Made by a program: the position numbers and the translations under genes. The notes below the pieces were generated by a model. The model saw only the letters and a list, made by a program, of their open reading frames with translations. It was not told the DNA's origin and made no database searches. A DNA stretch of 64,000 bases from Camelus dromedarius (Eukaryota), in NCBI RefSeq assembly GCF_036321535.1, contig NC_087445.1, positions 10,170,001-10,234,000 on the forward strand, written 5' to 3'. This document shows, piece by piece, positions 49,932 to 61,220 of the stretch (positions are counted from its first letter, which is position 1; every line of letters begins with the position of its first letter).

Positions 49932-50829
49932 AGGAAATTAAGAAATAATTCCATTTACAATAGCATCAAAAATAAAAGCACTTAGAAATATGTTCAGCTA
50001 AGGAAGTGTAGGACTTTTATGCTGAAAACTACAAACCATTGCAGAAAGAAATTAAAGAAGGTCTAAGTAAATGGTAAGACATCACGTGTTCATGCATTGG
50101 ATGGCTTAAAATTGTTAAGACCTCAATACTCCCCCAAAGCAATGTAAAGATTCAATGCAACTCTTATCAAAACCCCAATGGCCTATTTTGGTATTTAACT
50201 ATTTTAAAACTTACTACAAAGTTATCATGATCAAAACTGTGTGGTGCTGTCCTAAGTATGAACAAAGAGACTAGTGGAATGAAATTGAGATTCCAGAAAT
50301 AAACTATACGTCTATGGTCTACTGATTTTCAACAAAGGTACCAAGGCTGTTCAATAGGGAAAGAATGTCATCTTCAACAAATAATGTTTGGACAAATAGA
50401 TATCCACATGCAAAAGGATAAATTTGGACCCTCAGCTCACACTATTTACAAAAATGAACTCAAAATAAATCAAATATCTAAATATAAGAATTAAACTTAT
50501 GAAACTCTTCATTGAAAACATATGGACATTTTTGATAGTCTTTCATTTGATAGTGGTTTACTAGATATGACAGCAAATGCATGAGCAACAAATAAAAAAC
50601 AAAATGGACTTCATCAAAATTAAAATTTTGTATCTCAAAGGACACTATAAAAAGAGTTAAAAAAAAAAAAAAACTACCCATAGAATGGAAGAACATATTT
50701 TCAAATCATGTATCTCAAAAGAGCCTAATCTCTAAAATATATTAAAAACTCTTAGAACTCAATAAAATGTTATATTTGAAATTTTAAGACTGAGACTTTT
50801 ATAAAACAAAGTACACATGACAAGTAACT

Positions 50830-51280
50830 ATTTGGACATGAAGATTTGCAGCTGAGGTGGCAGATCTGGACAAGAAATGTGGTTTAGGGAATTACAAATG
50901 GTAAATGAAGACATAAGAGTGAATGAGATCATTGAGGAATTACAGAGCCCTAAGAACTTCATCATTCAAGTATTAGAGAATACACGACAGAATTATTTGT
51001 GCAGACATACCTACTGCAAAGGAAAACGAGGAGCTTAATTTAAGCTTGACTTCAAGGAGAGACAGTAATTCGATGAAAGAGAATAGTCAAAAGTATTGAC
51101 CGCTGATTAGATCTCAGATACGGCCTAAGAAGTGCATCATGCCTTCTGGATTTAGCAATACGGAGTCACTGTTGATCTACTTTTGAAAGAGAGCAGGGAT
51201 TGGAAATCTGACTTAAACGATATGCTGAGTTTAGAGCAAAATATGGAGATAGCTGTAATGCACAACTCAACTGGGAACTT
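50830..51280 (-). mobile_element. L2 fragment
   Basis: AAATGAAGACATAAGAGTGAATGAGATCATTGAGGAA..CTGGATTTAGCAATACGGAGTCACTGTTGATCT. Confidence 0.55.
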
Positions 51281-52397
51281 CCATTAAGATAGGTGAGATT
51301 ACAACTGCAACTGTGGTAAACAAATTTGACCATTCTTAGGGTTTCTCTGTTTGTTTTTGAATGGAGACAATTAAATGTATTAAAAGTAATTAATCAGCTG
51401 ATCATTGAAAAAAATTGTCATGAAGTTAATGCCTCTTAGATGTTGGCGAGTGAAGACAGAGGGATTGTATGAAACACACTAAAAGGGCTATAGACCAGTA
51501 TCTCAATAGTCTTATGAACTTACTATTTCAGGAACACAAAGCTATTCTTCTGGGAATACAAAATGTACTATTTCATAATTATATAAAAGCTAGCAGAGGT
51601 CTCATATTATATATTGAATTAGAATGACCTCATTTCGCTGATGGAAAAATTATAAATCTGTTAACTCTCCACTTTCTTTTCCTCCCTAGAATGAATCATT
51701 GGTATTAGTAAATGTATCAGCATCTACTTACATTCACTTTTCAGAAATCAGTAACTATGTTCATTGCCTTTTTACTCAAATCACTCTGTGCTCAGAGACA
51801 TCATCTAAAATCCTTTTTCTGAAACCTAAACTGTAGCAATGCTTCTGAAGTATATTCCTGCTGATGTGTTTCATGAATATTTTGATTTTATGGTGCTAAA
51901 TTGGAATTTTTATATTAAACATGATCATCTATGTATTCCAGGTATTATGAATGAGAAGGAAAAATAACAAAGCATAACAAAAAGGAAGTAACTGCACTGC
52001 TTAAGATATAGTTTGGGTACATAATTAAAAATAAAAACACAACCATGAGGTTAATTTGACGCATAAAGTGATACCATCTGCGAGAAAGACAGCAAAGGAT
52101 GATTAGCATGCATTCTTCACTGCCACGAGGGCTCTGTTTCCTAGTGCGCTCTGATACATTTGGCTTTGTAAAATGTTTAAAACACTTTATAAATGCTTAA
52201 ACATTAGATCCACTGAATTAAATTCCACATTAGATGTCATTTTTATTACTAGGTGAAGTTAAAGAATAACTAGTTTTCAAACCACCAAAATATATTAAAT
52301 TAGTTTATATGTTTTTCAAGATTAAGTATTCTGAAGAAGAAATAAACTGTGTACTCCAAGATGATTTAACCTTCTTTAGGTGCCAGGACAGAGCTGT

Positions 52398-52595
52398 AAA
52401 ATGCAGTGGTTCACAGCATAGTCACACAGACCCGAGCTCAGGGTCATGGCTCTACACACTAAATGGTTGACATTGGGGAAGTAATATCACCACTTAAATC
52501 CCTTTCCTCATCTATAAAATGGGTCAGTAATAATAGTACCTACTTTACTCGTTTCCTTGAGAAAGATAGAGATAAATATTTAGCATGGTGCATAG
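52398..52595 (+). mobile_element. MIR SINE
   Basis: GCAGTGGTTCACAGCATAG..TTTCCTCATCTATAAAATGGG..TAATAATAGTACCTAC core. Confidence 0.75.
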
Positions 52596-53079
52596 AAAAT
52601 TAAAAGTTGTACTTTGTTATTTTTTATCAGAATACTCAGTGTTTGCCTATAATTAGGTACTTCTGTTATTTTAAAGACAACAGCACATAAACTGGTAGGA
52701 AAAAATTGAGAAAGAAAATTATCAGTGGTAATCACAACAGAATAAGTCCCATATGCAGAAAGATGGAAAGTAAAAATGACCCATTCAGCTATTCCTTCTA
52801 ACACACCCAACAGTAAGGATGATAATTACACTGGCTTTCTTCAGACCTCCTTGCCTTCATTTGCTGTCAGCCAAACTATAGATATTTACGTAACTAACCA
52901 GAAACTCAGAATGCAGTATGTTCCCTTCTCCCTTCTCTGCCTATTATTTGTATTATTTTAAATAAATACTTCAGAGTAATATACCTTTTCCTAAAAGTTA
53001 AATATCTCTACTGCAACTCTCTTGCCTAAAATTTGTCAAATTTTTCCCTGTTGTGTGTATGATGCATAAGAACCTAGCA

Positions 53080-53178
53080 GGGGTGGGTATAGCTCAGTGG
53101 TAGAGAGTGTGCATACCATGCACAGGGTTCTGGGTTCAATCCCCAGTACCTCTATCAAAAAAAAAAGAAAAAAAAAGA
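53080..53178 (+). mobile_element. tRNA-Ala-derived SINE (camelid Vic-1-like) with poly(A) tail and TSD
   Basis: A box TAGCTCAGTGG, B box GGTTCAATCC and A-rich tail. TSD AAGAACCTAGCAG (53068-53080) / AAAAACTTAGCAG (53179-53191). Confidence 0.88.
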
Positions 53179-53769
53179 AAAAACTTAGCAGGACAAGGTC
53201 AAGTTTGGGGACCTGTGTCTCTGTAAAACCTCCCACATCCCACTGCATCCCACTTATCCTTAAATCCAGCCAGGCTAAGTTCTTATTTAACACAGAGTGT
53301 TTTACCCTTTGTCTCTCTCTGTTTTTACAAATGTCACAGGGATTGGTGTACAAATGTATTAAAAAATTTTTTTAATGAATTTTGAAGTGACAGCAGAAGA
53401 CTAATATAAAAAGGCAAATATAAACAACAGTGATAGAAATGGCACTGTAAAGGAAAGAATAAGTTTGAGATACTGCTAAATAATTGTGTGAGATGTGAGG
53501 GAGAAAGGATAGTAATAACTCAAATATTCAAGCTTGAATTACTGAAATAACCAGGATAAAATATAATTATTTACTATGACATAGTGAGCTCATCATGACA
53601 GGCTTGTCTATAGATTCATTTCTGCTCACTGCCCAGCATGAACTTACTGGCTCAGTCACAGCGAACCATTTGCAGGTCAGAATACGCCATCATATCAGCT
53701 ACATGTAGCTTAAAAGATTCCTCAAAACACTCCTAAAAGGCCCTTTCTCATTCTCATGCACGACTTTTA

Positions 53770-54270
53770 CATCCAACAATGTTTATTACACATCCGATAT
53801 GTTCTAGGTCCCTTGCTAGATATTGTGGGATAAAATACAACATGATAACAGACCAAAACTTTGCTTCAATTAACTATTCCAGATTGTATGATTACAAATG
53901 TATGTGTTGAGGCAAAGCCTACGATAAAGCGACATGAAGCATTGGGAGCTTTGAAGAGAGAAACTACTTCCCTCAATGAGAAATGACTAAGAAAAAATCT
54001 GCAGGATGAACGTAAGTTCACTAAAAGATGTGGTGGCGCAACGGCAGGTATCTCCTGGCCAGAAGGAAAAACATATAAAAATGACCCTACGGAGGTGAGT
54101 TAAAGGCAATCTTGGGCTATGGAAGGAGGGCCAACATGGCTAAAGAAGAGAGAATATTGAGGCGAGAGGAAGAACTTATGACAGGACAAGCCTGTGGAGA
54201 CCAGTTCAGGCAGAGCACTGAAGGCCAGCTAGAGAATTTTGTTCTTTACCCAAAAATAAGTTGGGAATAG
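53770..54270 (-). mobile_element. L2 3' region
   Basis: CATCCAACAATGTTTATT..TATGTTCTAGG..TGCTAGATATTGTGGGATAAAA..GAGAATTTTGTTCTTTACCCAAAA. Confidence 0.55.
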
Positions 54271-54274
54271 CTGA

Positions 54275-55237
54275 AAATCAATTAGTGCAATACAAGAGAA
54301 TAAAAGACAAAAACCACATGATCATCTTAAAAGACTCTATGAAAGCATTTGACAAATGACTACCATCATAGTTAATGTTGAAAGATGGAATGGTCCTCCT
54401 ATCTTAAGATCAGGAACAAATCAAGGATGTCCACTATCACCAATGCTCTTCAACTTTATCCTGGAGGTCCTGGCAATTTAATAAAGTAAGAAAATGAATT
54501 AAAATGCATTGTGTTTATAAAAGAAGAAGTAAACTTTTATTGACAGTATGATTTTGTATATAAAAATGTTTACAGAATTTACAAGGCCACAGTGTCTCAG
54601 AGCACAATATCAATTTTAAAAATGTGGTTCTGTATATGAACAATGAACAAAACACAACTGAAATGATTTCCATAACAATAGTATTAAAAGAATGAAGCAT
54701 CTAGGAATAAATTTAACAAAGAAGTTTAAGAGTTAAACATAAATGTCTATAAAGCATTGCTGAAAGAAATTATGAAATGCTAAATAAACAAAGAAATACA
54801 TTCATGGATTGGAGGATGCAATATTCGAGGTGAGATACCGACTCCACAAATTTATCTATTGATTCAGCACAATTCCTACCAAAATCCCAAAGCTGCCCTG
54901 AAATTCATACAAAATTCCAAAGGATCCCAAATAGCAAACACAATCTAGATAAAGAATAAATCTGGAAAATTATACTATCCAATTTCAAAAATGTATACAT
55001 TGCAATAATCAAGTATAATGCTGGCACTAGTATAAATGCATATTAATGCTACAGAATTGGATTCCAGAAATAAACAAATCTATGGTCAATTTACTTTGCC
55101 AAAGGTGCCAAGGCAATTTATAGGGAAGGATTGTATCTTCAACAAATGTTTCTGAAACAGTTGGATATCCATATGCAACAAGATTAATTTAGAACCCTAC
55201 CTCACACCATGCCCCAAAATGAACTCAAAATGGATAC
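54275..55237 (+). mobile_element. L1 ORF2 (RT to C-terminal) fragment with internal deletions
   Basis: [37 protein letters not shown], and later GTCAATTTACTTTGCCAAAGGTGCCAAG. Confidence 0.85.
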
Positions 55238-55580
55238 TGTACAGAAAAAAATTAACTCAGCCGGCCGGAGGCTGCTATCATTAGAAAGGCATGCATACAA
55301 GACGGACCCTTGACTGTTGTCTGGGAAGGGATTTCAGGATGATTCTCACCATTCCCGAAATGATAAGGGTGTCTTAACATGCCTACATGATTTACACAAA
55401 TGTTATAGCTTATGCGGAATACTTGCACTCCTTCTGGCAGTCTGGAGTTTGGTACATGTTAAGCAGAAGTTGCCTACATGACTAACCCCCAGTAAAAAAC
55501 CATGGTCAATTAATCTCTAATGAGCTCCCCTAATAAATAATGTCTTGCATGTCTTGCAGCAATTAGGTACTGGAGGAATT
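55238..55580 (+). mobile_element. MER21-like LTR, 5' part
   Basis: TGTACAGAAAAAAATTAAC..GGCTGCTATCATTAGAAAGGC..TGCCTACATGACTAACCCCCAGTAAAAAACC. Confidence 0.65.
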
Positions 55581-56456
55581 GACTGCCTAGAGAAATGGAC
55601 CAATTCCTTAGAAGACACAAGCTGCCAAAACACACAGGAGAAGAAATAAATGATCTGAATAGGGCTATATCTATTAAAGAAATACAACCAATAATTATCT
55701 CCTCTCTTTGTGTGTGTACTTGAAGATTTAATTTCATTTATAATATAACTAGCTTATCACAGTCACATTGAAGCCACTCCACATAGACCATAAGCACTTT
55801 AAAACATCACACTTAGATTTCTTTCCTCTTGAACTTTGTCCTGTATGGTCAATGATTTTAGGTTTACATATGTTAGTAATCACACACTACATTATTACTT
55901 TTATTGAAACTTTTCTTTTAAAAATTTACTTAAGAATGTAGGGCTCAACTCTACCTGCTTTAGGATCTCTTGACTCTAATAACTTTACCCTCAATCTACT
56001 TCATTTCCTGGGTCCCGCATCCTTGTACCAGACCATGGCACCTCTCAGTAGGCACTCAGTGGGATAACAGTAGGCTCAAATGATTTGTTTCCCTTTTCTC
56101 AGCGATCATTGTCCTCCACTGTTTGATGTACAATGTTTTCTGAACTGTAGTTGTATATATTTTGTCCTGTTTATTTCTCCCCCACTCCTTGTCTTTTTCT
56201 TGACTTGGAAGGATAAATTTAGTCCCTGTTACTTTTTCATGTGTGCCAGAAACAGAAGTCCACCAAATGTCAAGCTTTTGAAATTTCCTTATTGAAAGAC
56301 TTTAGTTGATAGTCTGTTAGTCTCTATTAGTCTCTTTTTCTTTCTTTTCCTATTTATTTTGTATTATTTGACTATTGTAATGGCTGAATTTTATGTCCAC
56401 TATTACCTTATTCAGTCAAACACTGATTTTTTTTTTTTTAGTGTTGCTGTAATGAA

Positions 56457-58100
56457 GTTCTGTCCAATGGAAATAAAATGGATCCTGATAGACAATTTTT
56501 AATACTCTGATATTTACACTAAAAATAATAAAAAGAAAGATGTGAAATTAATTTTAATAATATATTTTATGTAACTCAGTCAAGATATCTTTTCAAATCA
56601 TTTAAACACTTTTCAATCACTTCAATCCACATAAAATCATTAATAAGATTTTCATAATTTTCATTCTAAGTCATTGAAATGTGGTGTCAATTTTACCCCT
56701 ATGGCACATCTCTATTTGAACGCTGAAATGTAATTGCAAATGCACGGTTTGTATTTCTATTTCATAACATTTTCAGTTGAAATGTAGCTGAACAGAACCA
56801 AGCTTTTCTAAATACATGTAAAGATACTTGAATAACTGAACTGAATACAAAAAGTATTTTCCTTTAATACCCACATCCATATACGTAAAACTAGTTTATC
56901 TAATTTTATAAGAATTGACTTGACTTTGTAGAAGAGCACAGGAGCTTGAAAATATGACTGTACAAGCTAAATAAATTCATTAATTTTCATGTCAACTCGG
57001 TATTGCTATCATATTTAAAGAAGTATTGGCATATATTAAAAAAGTCTGAATCTATCATGACCAAAATTTCTTCATTTTGTAGATTTTGCACCATATGCAC
57101 ATGTGTGGTTAACACTGTAAATTGCAAATAAAATCATCAGTATGTTGATTCATATTAGAAAGTTATGATTCATTCTCATTTTGAAAAGTTTAAATACCAA
57201 CATACATTCCATATCTGTCTATTTAGATAACAAATAAGCTTCTTTCTTTCCTTGAGCTTCAAATTGATCTTATTTATATGCAGTGTGATATTCTGTGAGA
57301 AAACATAAATCACACTGCCATTTTTTTGTCTTTGATTATTAAATTTTTGGCAGACATTCCTCTGTTTCAAGAAAATCTGCAATTGGAATTAACAGTACAA
57401 TAAATCTTTAAAAAAAAAAAAAGAAATACTCTTCCCGGTTGAACCAGAGTAAATTGGCACAAACACAAGATAATTCAACTCATTGTCTTCTATTTCTTCT
57501 GCAAACTCCATAAAGAGTTAATGATTCATAGCATGTGTCATACAGACTGAACAGTTTTCACAACAGTATCCATGACAATTTTAGTAGCCTGCTTCAGAAA
57601 CCAAGCAGGAGTATTTTCATTATGTATGAAACAGCGGAATAAATAAGAAAAACATGTAAGTCCCTTTTATTAACAGTCTAATAATTGTTTCTATTTTTTG
57701 ACCTAATATGGCTGTAGCAACATTTGTCAAGATAAAACTAACCCTCTCATATCTAGCTCAAATTCTATTGAACAGAAGCGAAAGTGTAAAAGCTAATTTA
57801 ATTCTTTAGACTGTAAAGTGACAACAATTCCTTCTGTGTTGGAAGTCCTTTGATGAAAAATTTCCTCATAAGGATGGTTCACAGTGTCTATTACATTACC
57901 TAGTTCATGGAAAGCTATAGAAAGTATCTACTTTTTCATTTTGAATCTTTTCACTTTTAGCTCTTTTTACAAAGGACTTGTATTCTATGCATAACAATTT
58001 GGTGGCAAAGATCAATCACTTATTTGTAAAGTTTCTCTTTAGTATTTCCTCATAATTTTCTAGCAAAATTTAAATAACTGAAATAATAACTTATTTTATT
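56457..58100. mobile_element. hAT-Charlie (MER33/Charlie5-like) element with decayed internal sequence
   Basis: Starts GTTCTGTCCAATGGAAATAAAATG..GTGAAATTTAATTTTAATAATATATTTTAT..TCTAAGTCATTGAAATGTGGTGT..GCACATCTC (MER33 terminal sequence) and continues into AT-rich internal sequence. Right boundary uncertain. Confidence 0.55.
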
Positions 58101-58129
58101 TTTCCTGTAAGAATATTAGACATTTTATG

Positions 58130-58275
58130 CCTCACTGGAAGGGGGATCTCAGCAGACATGGAATCTGCAGGCCTCTTAATCTTGGACTTCCCAGCTTTCA
58201 GAAATGTGAGAAATAAAGTTTGTTATTTAAGTCACCTGGTCTAAGGTATCCTGTCACAGTGGTCCAGACTTTGAC
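58130..58275 (+). mobile_element. MaLR (MLT1/MST) LTR 3' fragment
   Basis: AATCTTGGACTTCCCAGCTTTCAGAAATGTGAGAAATAAAGTTTGTTATTTAAGTCACCTGGTCTAAGGTAT. Confidence 0.75.
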
Positions 58276-58296
58276 AATTTCAATTTATTTCACTTC

Positions 58297-59880
58297 TAGG
58301 AACACCATAATCAACTAGCCAACATCATAGGTCTGCGTGAGTTAGACTGTTCCAATTGTTGCCTTGACTCTGTTGTCTGTTGTGGAAACCATACCCACCT
58401 TGCTCTTGGCAGTTGAGTATAGCCACTTGGCCCCTGCAACCCTGAGCTCAAATTACTCTCATTGTATTTAGATTTTCCAGTTCAGTGACTGTGGTTCCCA
58501 CTATAAGGTCTAGCCTACAGAAAAGAACAATCACAGAGTTCTTCAAGGATGCTAGAGCTCCATTCACAAATTTATTTTTCACAGTAGTGGTTAAAAGGAT
58601 GTCTTCTGGACCCTTTCAATATGGAAAACCCACTGTGACTTTCCAGCCTCCAAAGCACTCAAACCATTGTTTCTACATCTAACCAAGGCAGATCAAGTAT
58701 TTCCAGTTACCACACTGTGGGCCACCTTTTGCTCCGTGTTTCAGTTAACCAACTAATCAAACTGTTAAAGCCTTTCCGAAGTCCCCAAGCTATGACAGTG
58801 AATCCAGCATTTCTGCTAACTGAGCCCATATCAACAAAATTGACCTAATCCAGCTTTATGTTCCTTCCATCATTAACCCATGCTCTTAAGAGCTATCTTC
58901 ACACATATTCCCCTACATTTCTGTTTGGATAAATTAGAAAATTCAAGTAGTTCTTTTTGGAATGTAACAGGATTCCTCATGGATCACACTTTGTACCTCA
59001 CCTTTAGGGACCTGCTGTGACTTGAACCCAGTTATAATTCTAGAAGCAAAGAACGGTGGTATGTGTGGGTCCTGAGGAGAATCAGCATTGTGTTCATGGC
59101 AACTGTCTTGGGGGAGGCCATTACAGTGTTCTCAGGCAACGAGAGTTAAACCGCTTAGATGGAGGTGGAGAGGATGGAAGCGGGGAAGCCACGGCCCCTG
59201 GGAATGAGGTGCTTGGGGTGGGAAGACCTCTTCCACCGGCAAAGCTGACTCATCAGACGTTGGCGGCTCAATATCTCCAGCCTCACCAGCATTTTCCCAC
59301 GTGAACTTATTTCACTTACAAGATCCCATTCTTTCCCAATAGACGCCCTCACTTTAACAGTAGACGCCATGGGAGGATTAGAGTTTCAACTTGCATTGTA
59401 ATTCAGCTAGCCACGGAATAAGATTCTGCATATGGTATTCAGCACTGTCAGCCCTGGGGCTACCGGAGATACAGGGCCCCCTTCAGGATACAGTGGAAAA
59501 CTCTGAGGTTATTCATGTCATTCCTGAGCTGGGAATTTGAATCACTGAGCACATCCTTGTACCACCATGTCCAGAGAGATTAGGAGCAATGAGCCAATCT
59601 CATTATATTTGTTAGTTTTCAAAAAATGCATGAAAGACATATACACAGTCACCCAGCTCCATACTTCTCCGAATTGGTTGATGAGGAATATACAATTGTG
59701 ATATTTTATTTATCTCTATTGCCAGATCACACCATGAACTATCACTGTTCTTGCCTCTGCTGGAAATAGAGTCATTATCACCTTTAATCAAATTAGAGAT
59801 TCAATTCCAGAAACTCCAGAACCAATTCAGAGAGCTCATCATTATTCTGTTCCTCTACAAACCCTCTCAATACCAAAATC
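58297..59880 (-). mobile_element. ERVL internal region, decayed gag
   Basis: Minus-strand peptide STVKVRASIGKEWD resembles the ERVL gag VSTVKVRALIGKEWD motif. The internal sequence begins GATTTTGGTATTGAGAG on the minus strand, next to an MLT2 LTR end. Confidence 0.8.
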
Positions 59881-59997
59881 TCTGCTAGCCAGGGTATCTC
59901 TCTACCTATCTATTGAAGAAGGAATTGACTCATGTGATTATACAAGCTGCAAATTACAGAGATCTGCCACTTAAAGGACTGAGAACCAGAACAGCCT
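59881..59997 (-). mobile_element. MLT2 LTR remnant (5' LTR of the ERVL)
   Basis: TGCTAGCCAGGGTATCTC..AAGGAATTGACTCATGTGATTAT..GATCTGCCA..GACTGAGAACCAG. Confidence 0.65.
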
Positions 59998-59999
59998 GC

Positions 60000-61220
60000 T
60001 TTTTCTTCCAGATTTTTTTCTCCCATCTGTTTTTGTTTCTGGAAAAATATTAATAGTCATATAAGTTCCCCCTGTGTGTAAGGTGTCTTTTTTTTCCCTC
60101 TGGATGCTTTTAAGTTCTGCCCATTTCTATCTATTTGATTATAATTAGATTTTTTAAAATGTAAAATACTTTGTGCCTAGTGATCTGTTGGTTGATGCCA
60201 TTCATCCACTGGAAACCTCTCTGCCACCGTATTATCAAATATTTTATATACCCCATTTTCTTTCTCTATTCTCCTTGGAGTTTAATGATAAGTGTATTAA
60301 GTCACTTTGTATTCTCCAAAAGACTTCTGATGCTTTGTTCTTTTTAAAACCAATTTCCCTCCTTGTACTTCAATTTTATCATTTTCTATTGACCTGCATT
60401 TAGCCTTCTATTAAGCCCATTATTTTCACTATTGTATTATAATATTGAGCAATTTCTTTAGGATATTTGTCTTCATCTATATGTCTACTTGAATACACTC
60501 TCTTTAATCCACATTGCTGATGCAGTGCACTAGATTTCTTAACATTTCACCCTGGGTGTTTTTAAGTCTATGACTGATAACGCTGACATCTAGAATTGCT
60601 TTGTGTTTACTTCTACTGACTATTTCCTTTCTCAGAGGCTTCACAAGTTCTTGATTTTTCATGGGTTTTTATTTTGTGCCATGCATTTCTATAAAAGCAC
60701 AATAGAGTCTGAATTGAGTTATATTTATCTCCAGAAATAGGTACACTCCTGTTCCTGTCACTGCCTCATTAGAGAGCCTGGAATCCCTGGAGAGTTTCTC
60801 TCACTTTTTCTTCCCTGTTTCTGATTTTATGGTACAACCCCCAGCACTCTGTAGAGGCTGGTGGGAAATAGCTTTAAAGTAGCACAGTTTTGTTCTGTGT
60901 CTGGGGATCCTCTGACCCTAATCTGTCATATCAGCTAACACATGAAAAATAAAAGCTTTTTTGAAAATTAGGCTGATTTTCCTTCTCCTGATTTATTGCA
61001 AATATCCTATCTTCTCTGTTTCAGTCACAGACGAGAACATCCAGGGATCCTTTCGTTCTTCACGCTCTGGAGTTCATTTAGTTCAACTTATATTTACTTA
61101 TATCCTCTATGATGGGGAGAAAATAATAACAATTTGAGTATGTGGTTGATCTGGCTTGCTTTTGTTGTTAGGATAAGAGCAACATTCTTGCACAACTTTC
61201 TACTTTGAACCAGAAGCATA
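60000..61220 (-). mobile_element. Ancient L1/HAL1 ORF1 and 5' remnant
   Basis: T-rich antisense ORF1-like sequence (TTTTTCCCTCTGGATGCTTTTAAG, CTATTAAGCCCAT), ending CAACTTTCTACTTTGAACCAGAAG. Confidence 0.5.

Larger units (their letters stand above)
45915..50765 (+). mobile_element. Old L1 (L1MB/L1M4-type): 5'UTR pieces and most of ORF2, with nested insertions
   Basis: EN start ATGGCAGAAGTAAAT at ~47093, VGDF (GTTGGAGACTTC), IDAKILNKIL (ATAGATGCAAAAATTCTCAACAAAATACTA), and C-terminal ORF2 to ~50760. ORF1 is largely deleted. Confidence 0.85.

Noticed and set aside
53080..53152. Functional tRNA-Ala gene
   Set aside because: The anticodon arm is mutated, and a poly(A) tail plus TSD show it is a retroposed SINE.
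59056..59370. GC-richer ORFs as a host gene exon
   Set aside because: Explained as remnants of ERVL gag and its antisense frame.
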